Translations under genes and position numbers: made by a program
Shown: positions 18,025 to 28,425 of the stretch, piece after piece
Layout: each line of letters begins with the position of its first letter
Numbering within the stretch: the stretch's first letter is position 1
Notes under the pieces: model-generated
What the model was told of the DNA's origin: nothing
The model's input: the letters and a program-made list of their open reading frames with translations, nothing else
The model's database searches: none
Assembly: GCA_000806155.1 (NCBI GenBank)
Contig: JWKX01000012.1
Location: 5,563-69,562, forward strand
Direction of reading: 5' to 3'
Length of the DNA: 64,000 bases
DNA from: an archaeon GW2011_AR18
GTDB lineage: Archaea; Nanobdellota; Nanobdellia; SCGC-AAA011-G17; GW2011-AR18

Positions 18025-20631
18025 ATGATTAAAATTAAAGATAAGCCAGACAGCTCTAAAGATATTAAGGAATTATTGCATCCTTTTGTCAGAGAATGGT
18101 TTTTTAAAAAATTTAAGGATTTTTCATTACCGCAATTATATAGTATAATGGAAGTTCATTCTAGAAATAACATTCTAGTTTCAGCCCCGACTGGAAGTGG
18201 TAAGACATTGTCATCAGCATTAGCTATTTTAAATGAATTAGTTGATTCTAGTGAGAAAGGAATTCTTAAAGATAAGGTTTATTGTATCTATGTTAATCCC
18301 CTTAAAGCTTTGTCAAATGATATTAACATTAATCTGCTTAGACCGTTAAAAGAGATAGAAGAAATTGCAGGCAAGGATTTAGGAATAAGAATTGGTGTAA
18401 GGACAGGTGATACAACTCAGGCAGAAAGATCTAAGATGTTGGCTAAGCCTCCGCATATACTTATTTGTACTCCTGAAAGTTTGGCAATAATGCTTTCTTC
18501 AACAAAATTTAGGGATCATATTAAGAATGTTGATTGGTTTATAATGGATGAAGCGCACGCTCTTGCTGAGAATAAACGTGGTGTTCATTTAAGTTTGTCA
18601 GTAGAAAGACTTCAGAATTTATCTCCTGGTATGTGTAGGATAGGTCTTTCAGCCACAATAAGTCCTTTAGATGAAATTGCTAAATTTTTAGTAGGCTCAG
18701 ATAGAGATTGCAAGATTATTGATGCTCGTTTCAATAAAAATATGGATTTAAAAGTTCTATCTCCTGTTGATGATATTGTTAATTCTAGTTTTAATTCTAT
18801 AAATAATGAAATGTATAAAATGATTGATAAATTAATTCATGAGCATAAAACTACTCTTATTTTTACTAACACTCGTAGTGCTACTGAAAGAGTTGTTCAT
18901 CATTTGAGGACTAATTTTCCTAAAAAATATACTGAAATAATAGAAGCAGAAGGTAAAGAAGATAAAGTAACAAATCTTATTGGTGCTCATCATGGTTCTC
19001 TGAGTAAGGAGCATCGATTTAAAATTGAAGAATCACTTAGACAGGGTAAACTAAAAGCAATTGTTTCTAGCACCTCATTGGAACTCGGGATTGATATAGG
19101 ACATATTGACTTAGTTATATGCTTAGGTTCTCCTAAATCTATTGCTCGCCTAACGCAGAGAACTGGTAGAAGTCAACATAAGATTGATGGTGTTACTAAA
19201 GCTCGTATTATTGTTACAGACAGGGATGATCTTATTGAATGTTCTGTCATGAGTAAATTTGCTATTGAAAGAAAGATTGATAGTATTCATATTCCTACTA
19301 ATTGTCTTGATGTTCTTGCTCAGCAGATTTATGGTATCTCTTTTGAACAGGTTTGGGATATTGATAAATTATTTAATTTAGTTAAGTCTAGTTATTGTTA
19401 TTCTAATTTATCTAGAAAAGATTTTGATGAAGTTATTAGTTATTTAGCTGGCGAATTTGCAACTCTTGAAGATCGTCATGTTTATGCTAGGATTTGGAAA
19501 AATGAAGGTAAGATTGGTAAGAAAGGTAAACTTGGCAGAGTTATTTACATGACTAATATTGGCACTATCCCTGATGAGTCTTATGTTACTGTTAAGATTG
19601 GAGAAGAGGTATTAGGTCATATTGATGAAGGTTTTTTAGAAAAACTTAAGCCTGGTGATATTTTTGTTCTTGGAGGTTCTACTTATGAATTCAAGTTCTC
19701 CCGTGGTATGGTTGCTCAGGTTAAATCTGCTGCTGGTCGTAAGCCTACTATTCCTTCTTGGTTTTCTGAAATGCTTCCTCTATCTTTTGATCTTGCTGTT
19801 GAGATTCAGAGATTCAGGAAATTAATGGACGAGAAATTTAAATCTAAAAAATCTAAAACTGATATTATTAAATTTATTAATGAATATCTTTATTTAGAAG
19901 ACAAAGCTGCTGATGCTATCTATAATTATTTTAATGAACAATTTAATTATTTAGAGATTCCTAATACTGATAAATTTATTGTTGAGCAGTATAGAGATGA
20001 AGATGGTAAAACTTATATCTTATTCCACTCTCTTTATGGTAGAAGGGTTAATGATGTTTTATCTCGTGCTTTAGCTTTTGCTATTGGTCGTTCACAGCAT
20101 CGTGATGTTGAGATTGGTATTAATGATAATGGTTTTTATGTTAGTTCTGATCACAGGATTAATGCTATTCAGGCTTTTAATTTAATTAAATCTAAAGATA
20201 TTTACAGTCTGTTGTCTTTAGCTATTGATAAATCTGAAGTTCTTAAACGTAGATTCAGGCATTGTGCTTCCAGAGCTTTCATGATTTTAAGGACTTATAA
20301 AGGTTTGACTAAAAGAGTTGGTCGTCAACAGGTTAGTTCTATGATTCTTATGAGTGCTGTCAAATCTATTAGTGAAGATTTTTGTATTCTTAAAGAAGCT
20401 CGTCGTGAAGTTCTTGAAGATCTTATGGATGTTCAGAATGCTAAAAAGATTATTGAGTTGATTGAATCTGGTAATATTAAGGTTAAGGAATTTAATACTA
20501 ATATCCCTAGTCCTTTTGCTTTTAATCTTATTCTTCAAGGTTATTCCGATATTCTTAAAATAGAGGAACGTCATGAGTTTTTGCAGAGAATGCACACAAT
20601 GGTCAAGGCTAAGATTAGTTTAAAGAAATAA
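18025..20631 (+). CDS. lhr: Lhr-core SF2 ATP-dependent helicase
   Basis: APTGSGKT, DEAH, GLSAT, AHHGSLS, SLELGIDIG, QRTGRS, IYMTNIGTIP. Start MIKIK at 18025. Confidence 0.95.
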   Translation: MIKIKDKPDSSKDIKELLHPFVREWFFKKFKDFSLPQLYSIMEVHSRNNILVSAPTGSGKTLSSALAILNELVDSSEKGILKDKVYCIYVNPLKALSNDININLLRPLKEIEEIAGKDLGIRIGVRTGDTTQAERSKMLAKPPHILICTPESLAIMLSSTKFRDHIKNVDWFIMDEAHALAENKRGVHLSLSVERLQNLSPGMCRIGLSATISPLDEIAKFLVGSDRDCKIIDARFNKNMDLKVLSPVDDIVNSSFNSINNEMYKMIDKLIHEHKTTLIFTNTRSATERVVHHLRTNFPKKYTEIIEAEGKEDKVTNLIGAHHGSLSKEHRFKIEESLRQGKLKAIVSSTSLELGIDIGHIDLVICLGSPKSIARLTQRTGRSQHKIDGVTKARIIVTDRDDLIECSVMSKFAIERKIDSIHIPTNCLDVLAQQIYGISFEQVWDIDKLFNLVKSSYCYSNLSRKDFDEVISYLAGEFATLEDRHVYARIWKNEGKIGKKGKLGRVIYMTNIGTIPDESYVTVKIGEEVLGHIDEGFLEKLKPGDIFVLGGSTYEFKFSRGMVAQVKSAAGRKPTIPSWFSEMLPLSFDLAVEIQRFRKLMDEKFKSKKSKTDIIKFINEYLYLEDKAADAIYNYFNEQFNYLEIPNTDKFIVEQYRDEDGKTYILFHSLYGRRVNDVLSRALAFAIGRSQHRDVEIGINDNGFYVSSDHRINAIQAFNLIKSKDIYSLLSLAIDKSEVLKRRFRHCASRAFMILRTYKGLTKRVGRQQVSSMILMSAVKSISEDFCILKEARREVLEDLMDVQNAKKIIELIESGNIKVKEFNTNIPSPFAFNLILQGYSDILKIEERHEFLQRMHTMVKAKISLKK

Positions 20632-21438
20632 TTATTCAAATCTTAGGGTATTCATAGTTTGAAATATTTGTTTATGATATGCTTTTAAGAAGTTTATGTC
20701 TCCCTGTATTAATTCTCTTTTTACATTAGCACTATTTTCTACATTATTTTCCAATTCAGCTAAAGCAATATATATCTCTTTATACTCTTCCTGCAAATCT
20801 GAGAAATTTCCTTTACCTCTTAATTTGTATGCTCTAAAATCGCTTACTAATTTTCTTGCACGCATATCCAACGCTCTGAATTCTTTTTTGTAGTCTTCTG
20901 TTATTCCTGCACTTTTAGCATTGTTTATTTTTATTTCAGGCTTTTTTTCAACTTTTGGTTTTACACTTGTACTTCCAGCATCAGTTCTTGTTCTCACTTG
21001 TGGTTGTGTTTTAACTGCTTCTCTTTTTTTCTTTAAATCAAATTCATCTTTCAGTTTATTTATTTCTAATGCAGTATTATCTACTTCCTCTTGTATAATA
21101 TGATTTTCAGGCAATGATATTTTTATTCCTAAGAATTCTTTCTCTAAATTTTTTGCTTGATCTAATAATGATAATCTTCTTGTTCTGTTTGTAATTGGTG
21201 TTGATTCAGCAGTTTTTCTTAATGTTTTTGATATATTTGCTATTTCTATTAACCTATCTCTTGCTTTGACTTCAGCCTCTATAACTTGTACCTGTTCTGT
21301 TCTATCTTGTTTTTGTTCTATTGGTTTTGGTGGCCTGTTTAAAATTCCTATTGTTCCTAAAAATGCTGTTAGTCCTACAGCAGCTAGAAACCATTTACCC
21401 CAAGAACCTCTTCTTTTATCTTTTACTACTCTTGCCAC
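20632..21438 (-). CDS. Hypothetical N-terminally anchored helical protein
   Basis: 268 aa; basic N-terminus then TM segment. Confidence 0.75.
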   Translation of the reverse strand: MARVVKDKRRGSWGKWFLAAVGLTAFLGTIGILNRPPKPIEQKQDRTEQVQVIEAEVKARDRLIEIANISKTLRKTAESTPITNRTRRLSLLDQAKNLEKEFLGIKISLPENHIIQEEVDNTALEINKLKDEFDLKKKREAVKTQPQVRTRTDAGSTSVKPKVEKKPEIKINNAKSAGITEDYKKEFRALDMRARKLVSDFRAYKLRGKGNFSDLQEEYKEIYIALAELENNVENSANVKRELIQGDINFLKAYHKQIFQTMNTLRFE

Positions 21439-21527
21439 ATATTATTCTGTAAATATGTAATTAATAAATCTTTTCTTATAGTATTTTCAATAGAAATCTT
21501 TTAATAATACTTTACTTCTGATTATTT

Positions 21528-22982
21528 ATGCTTTTTAGTAACATAAAAGATGGTGACACTTATAGGTATTTAGTTAATGGTAAGTGGGAGAAATCTTCTT
21601 CTAAGGATTTAATTGAAGTTTACAACCCTTCTAATGGTAGGATTTTAGCTAAATTGCAGTCTTTATCCAAATCAGATATTGATGATGTCCTTAAAAATTC
21701 TAAAGTCTCTCAGAAGAAATGGAAGAATACTCCAGTTAATGAAAGAGCCGATATTTTGATGAGGGCTGCTGATCTTATTGTCCAAAATGCTGAATTATTA
21801 TCTGATTTATTATCTAAGGAAATCTCTAAACCTAAGCATCTTGGTATGCACGAGGTTATGCGGACTGCTGATCTTATTAGAAGTACAGCTGAGGAAGGTT
21901 TAAGGTTGCATGGTGAATACTTAGATGGTAATGCTTTTTATCACTCTGCTAAGAAAAAGAAAGCTTTGGTTGATCGTGAACCTTTAGGTGTTGTCTTAGC
22001 TATCTGTCCTTTTAATTATCCTGTTAATCTCTCTTTTAGTAAAGTTGCTCCTGCTTTGATTTCTGGTAATTCAGTAGTTCTAAAACCTAGTACTCAGGGT
22101 GCTTTATCTGTTCTTCATGTTTCTGATTTATTCTCTCAGGCAGGTCTTCCCCAGGGTGTTTTGAATGTTGTTACTGGTAAATCTTCCTCTATTGGTGATT
22201 ATTTATGTTCTCATAAAGATGTTAATATGATCTCATTTACTGGTAGTACTTCAGTTGGCAAGCATATTGCCTCTATTTCTGGTATGAAGCCTTTGATGAT
22301 GGAGCTTGGTGGTAAGGATGGTGTTATTATTCTTGATGATGCTGATTTGGATCTTGCTGTTAAGGAATGTGTTCAGGGTGTTTATTCTTATTCTGGTCAG
22401 AGATGTACTGCTGTTAAGAGGATTATTTTGGTTGAAAAGATCGCTAATGTTTTTGTTAAGAAGTTTGTTGAGGAGACTAAGAAACTTAAGACTGGAGATC
22501 CAGATGAAGATGTAGTAGTTTCTCACTTGATTAACCGTGATGCTGCTGATTATATTAAATCTTTAATTGATGATGCTGTGAAGAATAAAGCTAAATTAAT
22601 TCTTGATGGTAAGCGTAAATATAATCTTTACTATCCTGTTATTCTTGATAATATCACAAGTAAATGTAGGATTTTTTATGAAGAACAGTTCGGTCCTGTT
22701 GCCTGTATTATTAGGGTTAAAGATGAGAAAGAAGCTGTTTCTGTCTTGAATGATTCTAGTTATGGGCTTCAAGCAAGTGTTTTTACTAACAATCTTGATA
22801 AAGCTTTTAGTATTGCTTCACAATTAGATGTTGGTGCTGTACAGATCAATGGTAAGTCTGATCGTGGTCCTGATAATTTCCCTTTCCCTTGCATTAAAGA
22901 TTCAGGTATTGGGGTTCAGGGTATTAAATACTCTATTGAGTCTATGACAAGATTGAAATCTATTGTTTTGAATTTTAAATAA
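21528..22982 (+). CDS. gapN: Non-phosphorylating NADP-dependent glyceraldehyde-3-phosphate dehydrogenase
   Basis: ALDH motifs PFNYP, FTGS, MELGGKD, YSGQRCTAVKR, plus RGPDNFPF typical of GapN. Confidence 0.88.
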   Translation: MLFSNIKDGDTYRYLVNGKWEKSSSKDLIEVYNPSNGRILAKLQSLSKSDIDDVLKNSKVSQKKWKNTPVNERADILMRAADLIVQNAELLSDLLSKEISKPKHLGMHEVMRTADLIRSTAEEGLRLHGEYLDGNAFYHSAKKKKALVDREPLGVVLAICPFNYPVNLSFSKVAPALISGNSVVLKPSTQGALSVLHVSDLFSQAGLPQGVLNVVTGKSSSIGDYLCSHKDVNMISFTGSTSVGKHIASISGMKPLMMELGGKDGVIILDDADLDLAVKECVQGVYSYSGQRCTAVKRIILVEKIANVFVKKFVEETKKLKTGDPDEDVVVSHLINRDAADYIKSLIDDAVKNKAKLILDGKRKYNLYYPVILDNITSKCRIFYEEQFGPVACIIRVKDEKEAVSVLNDSSYGLQASVFTNNLDKAFSIASQLDVGAVQINGKSDRGPDNFPFPCIKDSGIGVQGIKYSIESMTRLKSIVLNFK

Positions 22983-22984
22983 TC

Positions 22985-23452
22985 TTATATCGCTTTGATT
23001 TCTTTTGCAATATTCATAATTTTTCTAAAATTTCCTTTTTTATCAAAAACATTAATTATTTTAGCATTAATATCTTTTGGAACATTCCATTTATCTAATG
23101 CACTCATCTGTTTTTTAAGTATTCTATTATCGAATGTTTTGCGTTGCATGGTTATTCTTCTTGCAGAATTTTTATTCCCATCAAACCAAAAAGTTCTAAA
23201 TCCATATTTATTTAAATAATTTACAACGTTGATAGTTTTTTTGTCAGGACTAAATCCCCATGTTATTATAATGTGCTTATTATTTTTAAAATTTTTAGCA
23301 ATAAAATTATCTGCATTTTTAATTATTTTTGATGTTCTAGAGTATTTTTCCATATCAAAATGTTTGTATTCGTATTTACTCTCAAGGAAATTACCTATTG
23401 AAGTTTTTCCTACTCCAGGTATTCCTGCAATTAATATTAATTTACGTTTCAT
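22985..23452 (-). CDS. P-loop NMP-kinase-like protein
   Basis: IAGIPGVGKT. Confidence 0.7.
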   Translation of the reverse strand: MKRKLILIAGIPGVGKTSIGNFLESKYEYKHFDMEKYSRTSKIIKNADNFIAKNFKNNKHIIITWGFSPDKKTINVVNYLNKYGFRTFWFDGNKNSARRITMQRKTFDNRILKKQMSALDKWNVPKDINAKIINVFDKKGNFRKIMNIAKEIKAI

Positions 23453-23573
23453 TATAATCTTAAATCAAAACACTTAATAAAAATTTGTTTTTTTGGTTTT
23501 ACTTTATATTTAACAATTTAAATAAACTTATATATTAATAAATCTTTAAATAAATAAAATGGAGGTGTATTGA

Positions 23574-23927
23574 ATGAGTGTACAAAAAACTTATGCTTTA
23601 GTTTTAGGTTTAGTCTTAGCAATAGTAGGTGTCTGGGGTTTATTCTCTGATAGTATTCTTGGATTGTTCAATGTTAATCTTTACCAGAGTATTTTATATT
23701 TGGTTGCTGCTGCTTTTGGTATTTATGCTGGTGTGAAAGGAACTGGTCATACATATAATCTTGTGTTAGGTTGGATTGCTTTTGTTTTAGCAGTATTAGG
23801 TTATGTTCCAGTTGCTAAAGATTTATTATTAGAATTCCTTAACATTAATATCTGGACTACATATTTGCATCTTGCTATTGGTGTTTTATCTTTGGCAGTT
23901 TATTATGCAACCAAGAATGAAAACTAA
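23574..23927 (+). CDS. DUF4383-like membrane protein
   Basis: Four TM helices, YLHLAIG; GGAGGTG SD. Confidence 0.7.
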   Translation: MSVQKTYALVLGLVLAIVGVWGLFSDSILGLFNVNLYQSILYLVAAAFGIYAGVKGTGHTYNLVLGWIAFVLAVLGYVPVAKDLLLEFLNINIWTTYLHLAIGVLSLAVYYATKNEN

Positions 23928-24102
23928 ATTTTTTTATTTTTTTGGTTCTTTTATTTTATTTTTAGGTATTCTTTGGATGTTTATCCCTCATGCTTTCCAT
24001 TATAGGATGTTCTCTGCTGATTATCACTTATTTCATATTTTAGGAGGTTTCTTTATCTCTGTTATTGGTCTTTTGATTATGATACTTTCAAATAAAAAAT
24101 AA
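23917..24102 (+). CDS. Small two-TM protein
   Basis: MKTKFF..WMFIPHAFH..HLFHILGG. Confidence 0.6.
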   Translation: MKTKFFYFFGSFILFLGILWMFIPHAFHYRMFSADYHLFHILGGFFISVIGLLIMILSNKK

Positions 24103-24161
24103 TCTAATTGTTATTTTATAGGAGAGAAATCAATTTAAATGAAAAATGTTATCCAATACAA

Positions 24162-24572
24162 ATGACAAGACATAGTTACCTTTCACAGATAGTTGCTTAT
24201 ACTGGATTAGTGCTCTCTTTATCATGTGGTGATAAGAGCTCTAATAGTGTGCATGATGATGATCCTTGTTTGATTAAAGCTAAAAATGGTGCTGTTGTTG
24301 ATGCTTTTGGTACTGATTCAGAAAATAGTTCAATTGATCCTTTTACCTTCTGTGTTGGGTATGCTTCTCATATTGAAGGAAGATTGGAAAAATGTTTAAC
24401 AAGTGCTGATGGAGAACCACAAGTATGCAAGATAGGAAGAAGAGATGACGGAGCTAGTGTTACAACATTGGAATTTGCTGTTGTTTGTTCTGATAATATT
24501 GAAGCTATGGTATCTAGTTATGATAATGGTTTTAAATATTTCTGCGGGCCTGTAACTGAAGTTGACCAATAA
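24162..24572 (+). CDS. Cys-rich lipoprotein-like secreted protein
   Basis: Lipobox-like LSLSC plus six further Cys. Confidence 0.6.
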   Translation: MTRHSYLSQIVAYTGLVLSLSCGDKSSNSVHDDDPCLIKAKNGAVVDAFGTDSENSSIDPFTFCVGYASHIEGRLEKCLTSADGEPQVCKIGRRDDGASVTTLEFAVVCSDNIEAMVSSYDNGFKYFCGPVTEVDQ

Positions 24573-24613
24573 TAGAAACCTTTATTAAATTCTGATTATT
24601 AACTATTGTTAAC

Positions 24614-25198
24614 ATGGTTCAGTCTCAAACTCAATTAATATCTAAAGATTTGCCTATTGGTGAATTTGTTGAAAGATTCTCTTCAGTGATTGATGTCCTT
24701 ACAGATGAAGGTGTCCATTGTGTTGGTTGCGGTGCATCTACTTTTGAGACTATTGAGCAAGGTCTTATGTCTCATGGTAAGTCTGTTGAGGAAGTTGATG
24801 AATTCATTAATAGAGTCAACAACGTATATTCAGAACGTGAAGCTTCAAGAGTTAATAATAAACCCTCTGATGATTTGGATGTTATAATCACTGATAAAGC
24901 TGCTATTAAATTAAAAGATATATTGAAATCACAGAATAAAGAATCTTATAGTCTGAGAGTTCAGGTCCTTAAAGGTGGTTGTTCTGGTAATAAATATGGT
25001 TTCCAGATTACTGATGTTATTAATGTTGATGATAAAGTATACAATGTTGAAGGTGTTAAGTTTTTGGTTGATGCTTCTAGTTTAAAATTATTAAATGGTT
25101 CTAAAGTTGATTATGTAGATAGTCTGCAGGGTGCTGGTTTTAAGATTTCTAATCCTAATGCTAAGAAAAGTTGTGGATGTGGCGAATCTTTTAATTAA
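24614..25198 (+). CDS. DUF1858-fused IscA/ErpA (HesB) Fe-S carrier
   Basis: N-terminal GVHCVGC..ETIEQG; GGCSG; KSCGCGESF. Confidence 0.9.
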   Translation: MVQSQTQLISKDLPIGEFVERFSSVIDVLTDEGVHCVGCGASTFETIEQGLMSHGKSVEEVDEFINRVNNVYSEREASRVNNKPSDDLDVIITDKAAIKLKDILKSQNKESYSLRVQVLKGGCSGNKYGFQITDVINVDDKVYNVEGVKFLVDASSLKLLNGSKVDYVDSLQGAGFKISNPNAKKSCGCGESFN

Positions 25199-25422
25199 GC
25201 TCTTCCTCTTTTAGTTAAATTTTTTTCTGCAAAATGTGATTTTCCGCTTGTTGGTACTTCTCTTCTATAATCTCTATCAGGAGTTGCATTTTCTATTAAA
25301 GCTGCGACTTTTTCTATAGCTTTTTGAATCTGGACTTTTAATTCAGGTTCTTTTGTTCTTGTCTGTATTCCTACTAATTCAACAATTAATGTTGATAATG
25401 CCATTTTTTCTTCAGTATTCAT
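25195..25422 (-). CDS. Hypothetical protein
   Basis: 75-aa ORF. Confidence 0.55.
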   Translation of the reverse strand: MNTEEKMALSTLIVELVGIQTRTKEPELKVQIQKAIEKVAALIENATPDRDYRREVPTSGKSHFAEKNLTKRGRA

Positions 25423-25461
25423 ATTATATCTTTAGAATTATTTATTTTTAAATATTTGTAT

Positions 25462-25770
25462 TCACTTCAATAACTCTTGTAGTTCACCAGAATTATACAT
25501 TGCCTCTGTTATATCACATCCGCCTATGAATTTTTCATTTATATATAATTGCGGTATTGTCGGCCAGTTTGAATATTCTTTTATTGAATTTCTCATTGTC
25601 TCATCTTCTAATATGTTATAGCTTCCAAATTTTACATTTAATGATTTTAATATCTGTACAACTCTCATTGAAAAGCCGCACTCAGGATATTCTGGTGTCC
25701 CTTTCATGAATAAGAATACTTTTTCTGATTTTATCATTGATTCTATTTTGTGTTTTGTTGCTTCATCCAT
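25462..25770 (-). CDS. grxD: Monothiol glutaredoxin (Grx4 family)
   Basis: LFMKGTP, CGFS, WPTIPQLY, GGCD. Confidence 0.95.
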   Translation of the reverse strand: MDEATKHKIESMIKSEKVFLFMKGTPEYPECGFSMRVVQILKSLNVKFGSYNILEDETMRNSIKEYSNWPTIPQLYINEKFIGGCDITEAMYNSGELQELLK

Positions 25771-25796
25771 TTTTAACCTTGCATTTATGCAATTCT

Positions 25797-26051
25797 CTAA
25801 TCTGTTTTTGTTATTATTGATAATGCGTGCACTAGTTCTTTATTAAAACTTTCTCCTAATGCTTTATACACCATTCTGTGTTGTTCTATTAAGCTTTTAT
25901 CTTTGAATCCTTTATATTTTATTATTGCCTGTAGATGTACTCCGTCTTCTCTCGGATCTAATATCTCTACTTCTGCTCCTTCTAGTCCTCTCTCTATTAA
26001 GTTTTTTATCTCATTCACACTTAATGGTTTTTGTTCATAATCATGTTTCAT
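25797..26051 (-). CDS. BolA/IbaG family protein
   Basis: DGVHL, FKDKSLIEQHRMVY, VHALSI. Confidence 0.92.
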   Translation of the reverse strand: MKHDYEQKPLSVNEIKNLIERGLEGAEVEILDPREDGVHLQAIIKYKGFKDKSLIEQHRMVYKALGESFNKELVHALSIITKTD

Positions 26052-26101
26052 ATATTATTGGGTTACATAATGCTTATTAATATTTTCCTTATGTTCATAG
26101 T

Positions 26102-27067
26102 ATGTTGATTAATGACAAAATATATGGAGAATTTAATATTTCAGAACCAGTACTTGTAGAATTGATTAGATCTGATGAGATTAGAAGATTAAGAAAAATA
26201 AATCAGGTTGGTTTGTTGGATAAGCATTGTGATCATCCTAACTTCAAGAGATATAATCATTCTATAGGTGTGATGTTATTATTGAAAAGGTTAGATGCCT
26301 CTCTCGAAGAACAGATTGCTGGTTTATTGCATGACGTATCTCATACTGCTTTTTCTCATCTTTATGATTGGGTTGTAGGTTCTAATGCTGATGAAGATTT
26401 CCAGGATAATAATCATGATGGATTTTTAAGAAAATCAAGTCTTCCTCAGATACTCTCTAATCACTGTTTTGATATTTCTGATATTAATGGTCTGGAAAAG
26501 TTTACTTTATTAGAATCTCCAGCTCCTGCTGTCTGTGCTGATCGTATTGACTATTCTTTAAGAGAGTTCCAGTCATGGGCTAATCCTGGTGCAGTCCAGA
26601 CTTGTCTTAATAGCTTGGTTAATCATGATGGTAATATTGTTTTTGACTCTTTCAGACCTGCTTATATTTTTGCTATGACTTATATGAAATTACAGACAGA
26701 ACATTGGGCTTCTGCATCTCAGGTCCTAAAATTTTATTTATTTGCTGATGCATTAAAGACTGCTATTAATAATGGTGTGATTACTCATGAGGATTTTATG
26801 GTTGATGATGAACATGTCATGAAAAAGATTTATTCTGCTGATGATAAAGGAACTAATGATGCTTTGGCTATTATCAAAAGGGATATGAGATTTGAAGAAG
26901 TTAATGAAGGTGGTATTTTATTGCCTGAGAAAAAATTCCGTTATGTGGATCCTCAGTTTTTAAGAAATGAGATTTATAGGTTAAGTGAAGTAGATAAGGA
27001 TTATAAGAGGTTGATTGAATCTGAAAGAATTAATAATTCTAGAGAACTTAGAGTTAGGTTAATCTAA
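26102..27067 (+). CDS. HD-domain phosphohydrolase (SAMHD1/dNTPase-like short form)
   Basis: RYNHSIG, LLHDVSHTAFSH, CADRIDY. Confidence 0.88.
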   Translation: MLINDKIYGEFNISEPVLVELIRSDEIRRLRKINQVGLLDKHCDHPNFKRYNHSIGVMLLLKRLDASLEEQIAGLLHDVSHTAFSHLYDWVVGSNADEDFQDNNHDGFLRKSSLPQILSNHCFDISDINGLEKFTLLESPAPAVCADRIDYSLREFQSWANPGAVQTCLNSLVNHDGNIVFDSFRPAYIFAMTYMKLQTEHWASASQVLKFYLFADALKTAINNGVITHEDFMVDDEHVMKKIYSADDKGTNDALAIIKRDMRFEEVNEGGILLPEKKFRYVDPQFLRNEIYRLSEVDKDYKRLIESERINNSRELRVRLI

Positions 27068-27183
27068 CAGCACGGCTCTTTGTATCCGCAGTTACGACAT
27101 ATAGCATCTTTTCTTCCTGCTATTCCTATCATCTCATTGCTACAATTAGGGCAATCTTGTTTTTTTACTTCGCAATTATTCAT
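27064..27183 (-). CDS. 39-aa CxxC zinc-ribbon protein
   Basis: MNNCEVKKQDCPNCSNEMIGIAGRKDAICRNCGYKEPCC*. Confidence 0.7.
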   Translation of the reverse strand: MNNCEVKKQDCPNCSNEMIGIAGRKDAICRNCGYKEPCC

Positions 27184-27260
27184 TAATCATTATTTGTTTT
27201 GTTTATTTATAAAAACTTCTCTTCAATTAAATATATAAATAGTAATTCTCTGGTTTTAGT

Positions 27261-28382
27261 ATGGATAAAAAAGAGTTTAAAGTCACACCTTGGGAAGTTT
27301 CAGGTAATATTGATTATGATAGATTAATCAAGGATTTTGGTGTTGAAAAGATTAATGATACTATTCTTTCTAGAATAAAAAAACACACTAAGGATCTTCA
27401 TTTCATGCTTAATAGGAAAGTTTTTTTTGCTCATCGTGATTTGAATTGGTTATTAGATGAATACGAAAAAGGTAATAAATTTTATTTATACACTGGTAGA
27501 GCTCCTTCAGGTCCTGTTCATCTTGGTCATTTACTTCCTTGGATTTTTACTAAATGGCTTCAGGATAAATTTGATGTTGAATTATGGTTTCAATTTCCTG
27601 ATGAAGAGAAATTCTTATTTAAGGATAATCTAAGTTTTGATGATACTGAGAAGTTCTTGCATGATAATATGCTTGATGTTATTGCTTTAGGTTTTGATCC
27701 TAAAAAAACTAAATTTATTGTTGATACTAAGAATGCTAATTTGATGTATAAAGAAGCTTGTAAAGTTGCTAAAAAAATTACTTTCTCTCAGGTTAAATCT
27801 GCTTTTGGTTTGAAAGATGATTCTAATATTGGTGAAATATTTTATACTTCTATGCAGACTGTCCCTGCTTTCCTTCCTTCTGTTTTAAAAAATAAAAAAA
27901 TTCCTTGTCTGATTCCTCACGCGGTCGATCAGGATGTTCATTTCAGAGTTACGAGACACGTTCTTCCTAAATTAGGGCATTACAAACCATCTAGTATACA
28001 GTGTATTTTTTTACCTCCTTTATCTGGTGTTGATGGTAAGATGTCAGCTTCTAATGAATCGTCTGCTGTTTACACTACAGATAGTATTGAAGTTGCTGCT
28101 AAGAAAATCCGTAAGTACGCTTTCTCTGGTGGTAGAGCTACTTTAGAAGAACATCGTAAACTTGGTGGCAATCCTGATGTTGATGTTAGTTATCAATGGT
28201 TAAGGATGTTATTTGAACCTGATGATAAAAAATTACAGAAAATTCATGATGATTATAAATCTGGTAAATTATTGTCTGGTGAGTTAAAAGAGATTTTGAT
28301 AGAGAAAGTTTCAGTTTTCTTGAAAGATCATCAGAAGAAAAGAGAATTAGCTAAGAAGAATATTGATAAGTTTTTATTATAA
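27261..28382 (+). CDS. trpS: Tryptophan--tRNA ligase (archaeal type)
   Basis: VTPWEV, YTGRAPSG.VHLGH, DQD, KMSAS, AFSGG. Confidence 0.97.
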   Translation: MDKKEFKVTPWEVSGNIDYDRLIKDFGVEKINDTILSRIKKHTKDLHFMLNRKVFFAHRDLNWLLDEYEKGNKFYLYTGRAPSGPVHLGHLLPWIFTKWLQDKFDVELWFQFPDEEKFLFKDNLSFDDTEKFLHDNMLDVIALGFDPKKTKFIVDTKNANLMYKEACKVAKKITFSQVKSAFGLKDDSNIGEIFYTSMQTVPAFLPSVLKNKKIPCLIPHAVDQDVHFRVTRHVLPKLGHYKPSSIQCIFLPPLSGVDGKMSASNESSAVYTTDSIEVAAKKIRKYAFSGGRATLEEHRKLGGNPDVDVSYQWLRMLFEPDDKKLQKIHDDYKSGKLLSGELKEILIEKVSVFLKDHQKKRELAKKNIDKFLL

Positions 28383-28425
28383 CTAAATACAAAATCTTTA
28401 TTAACCGTAAAACCAATACTAGCTT

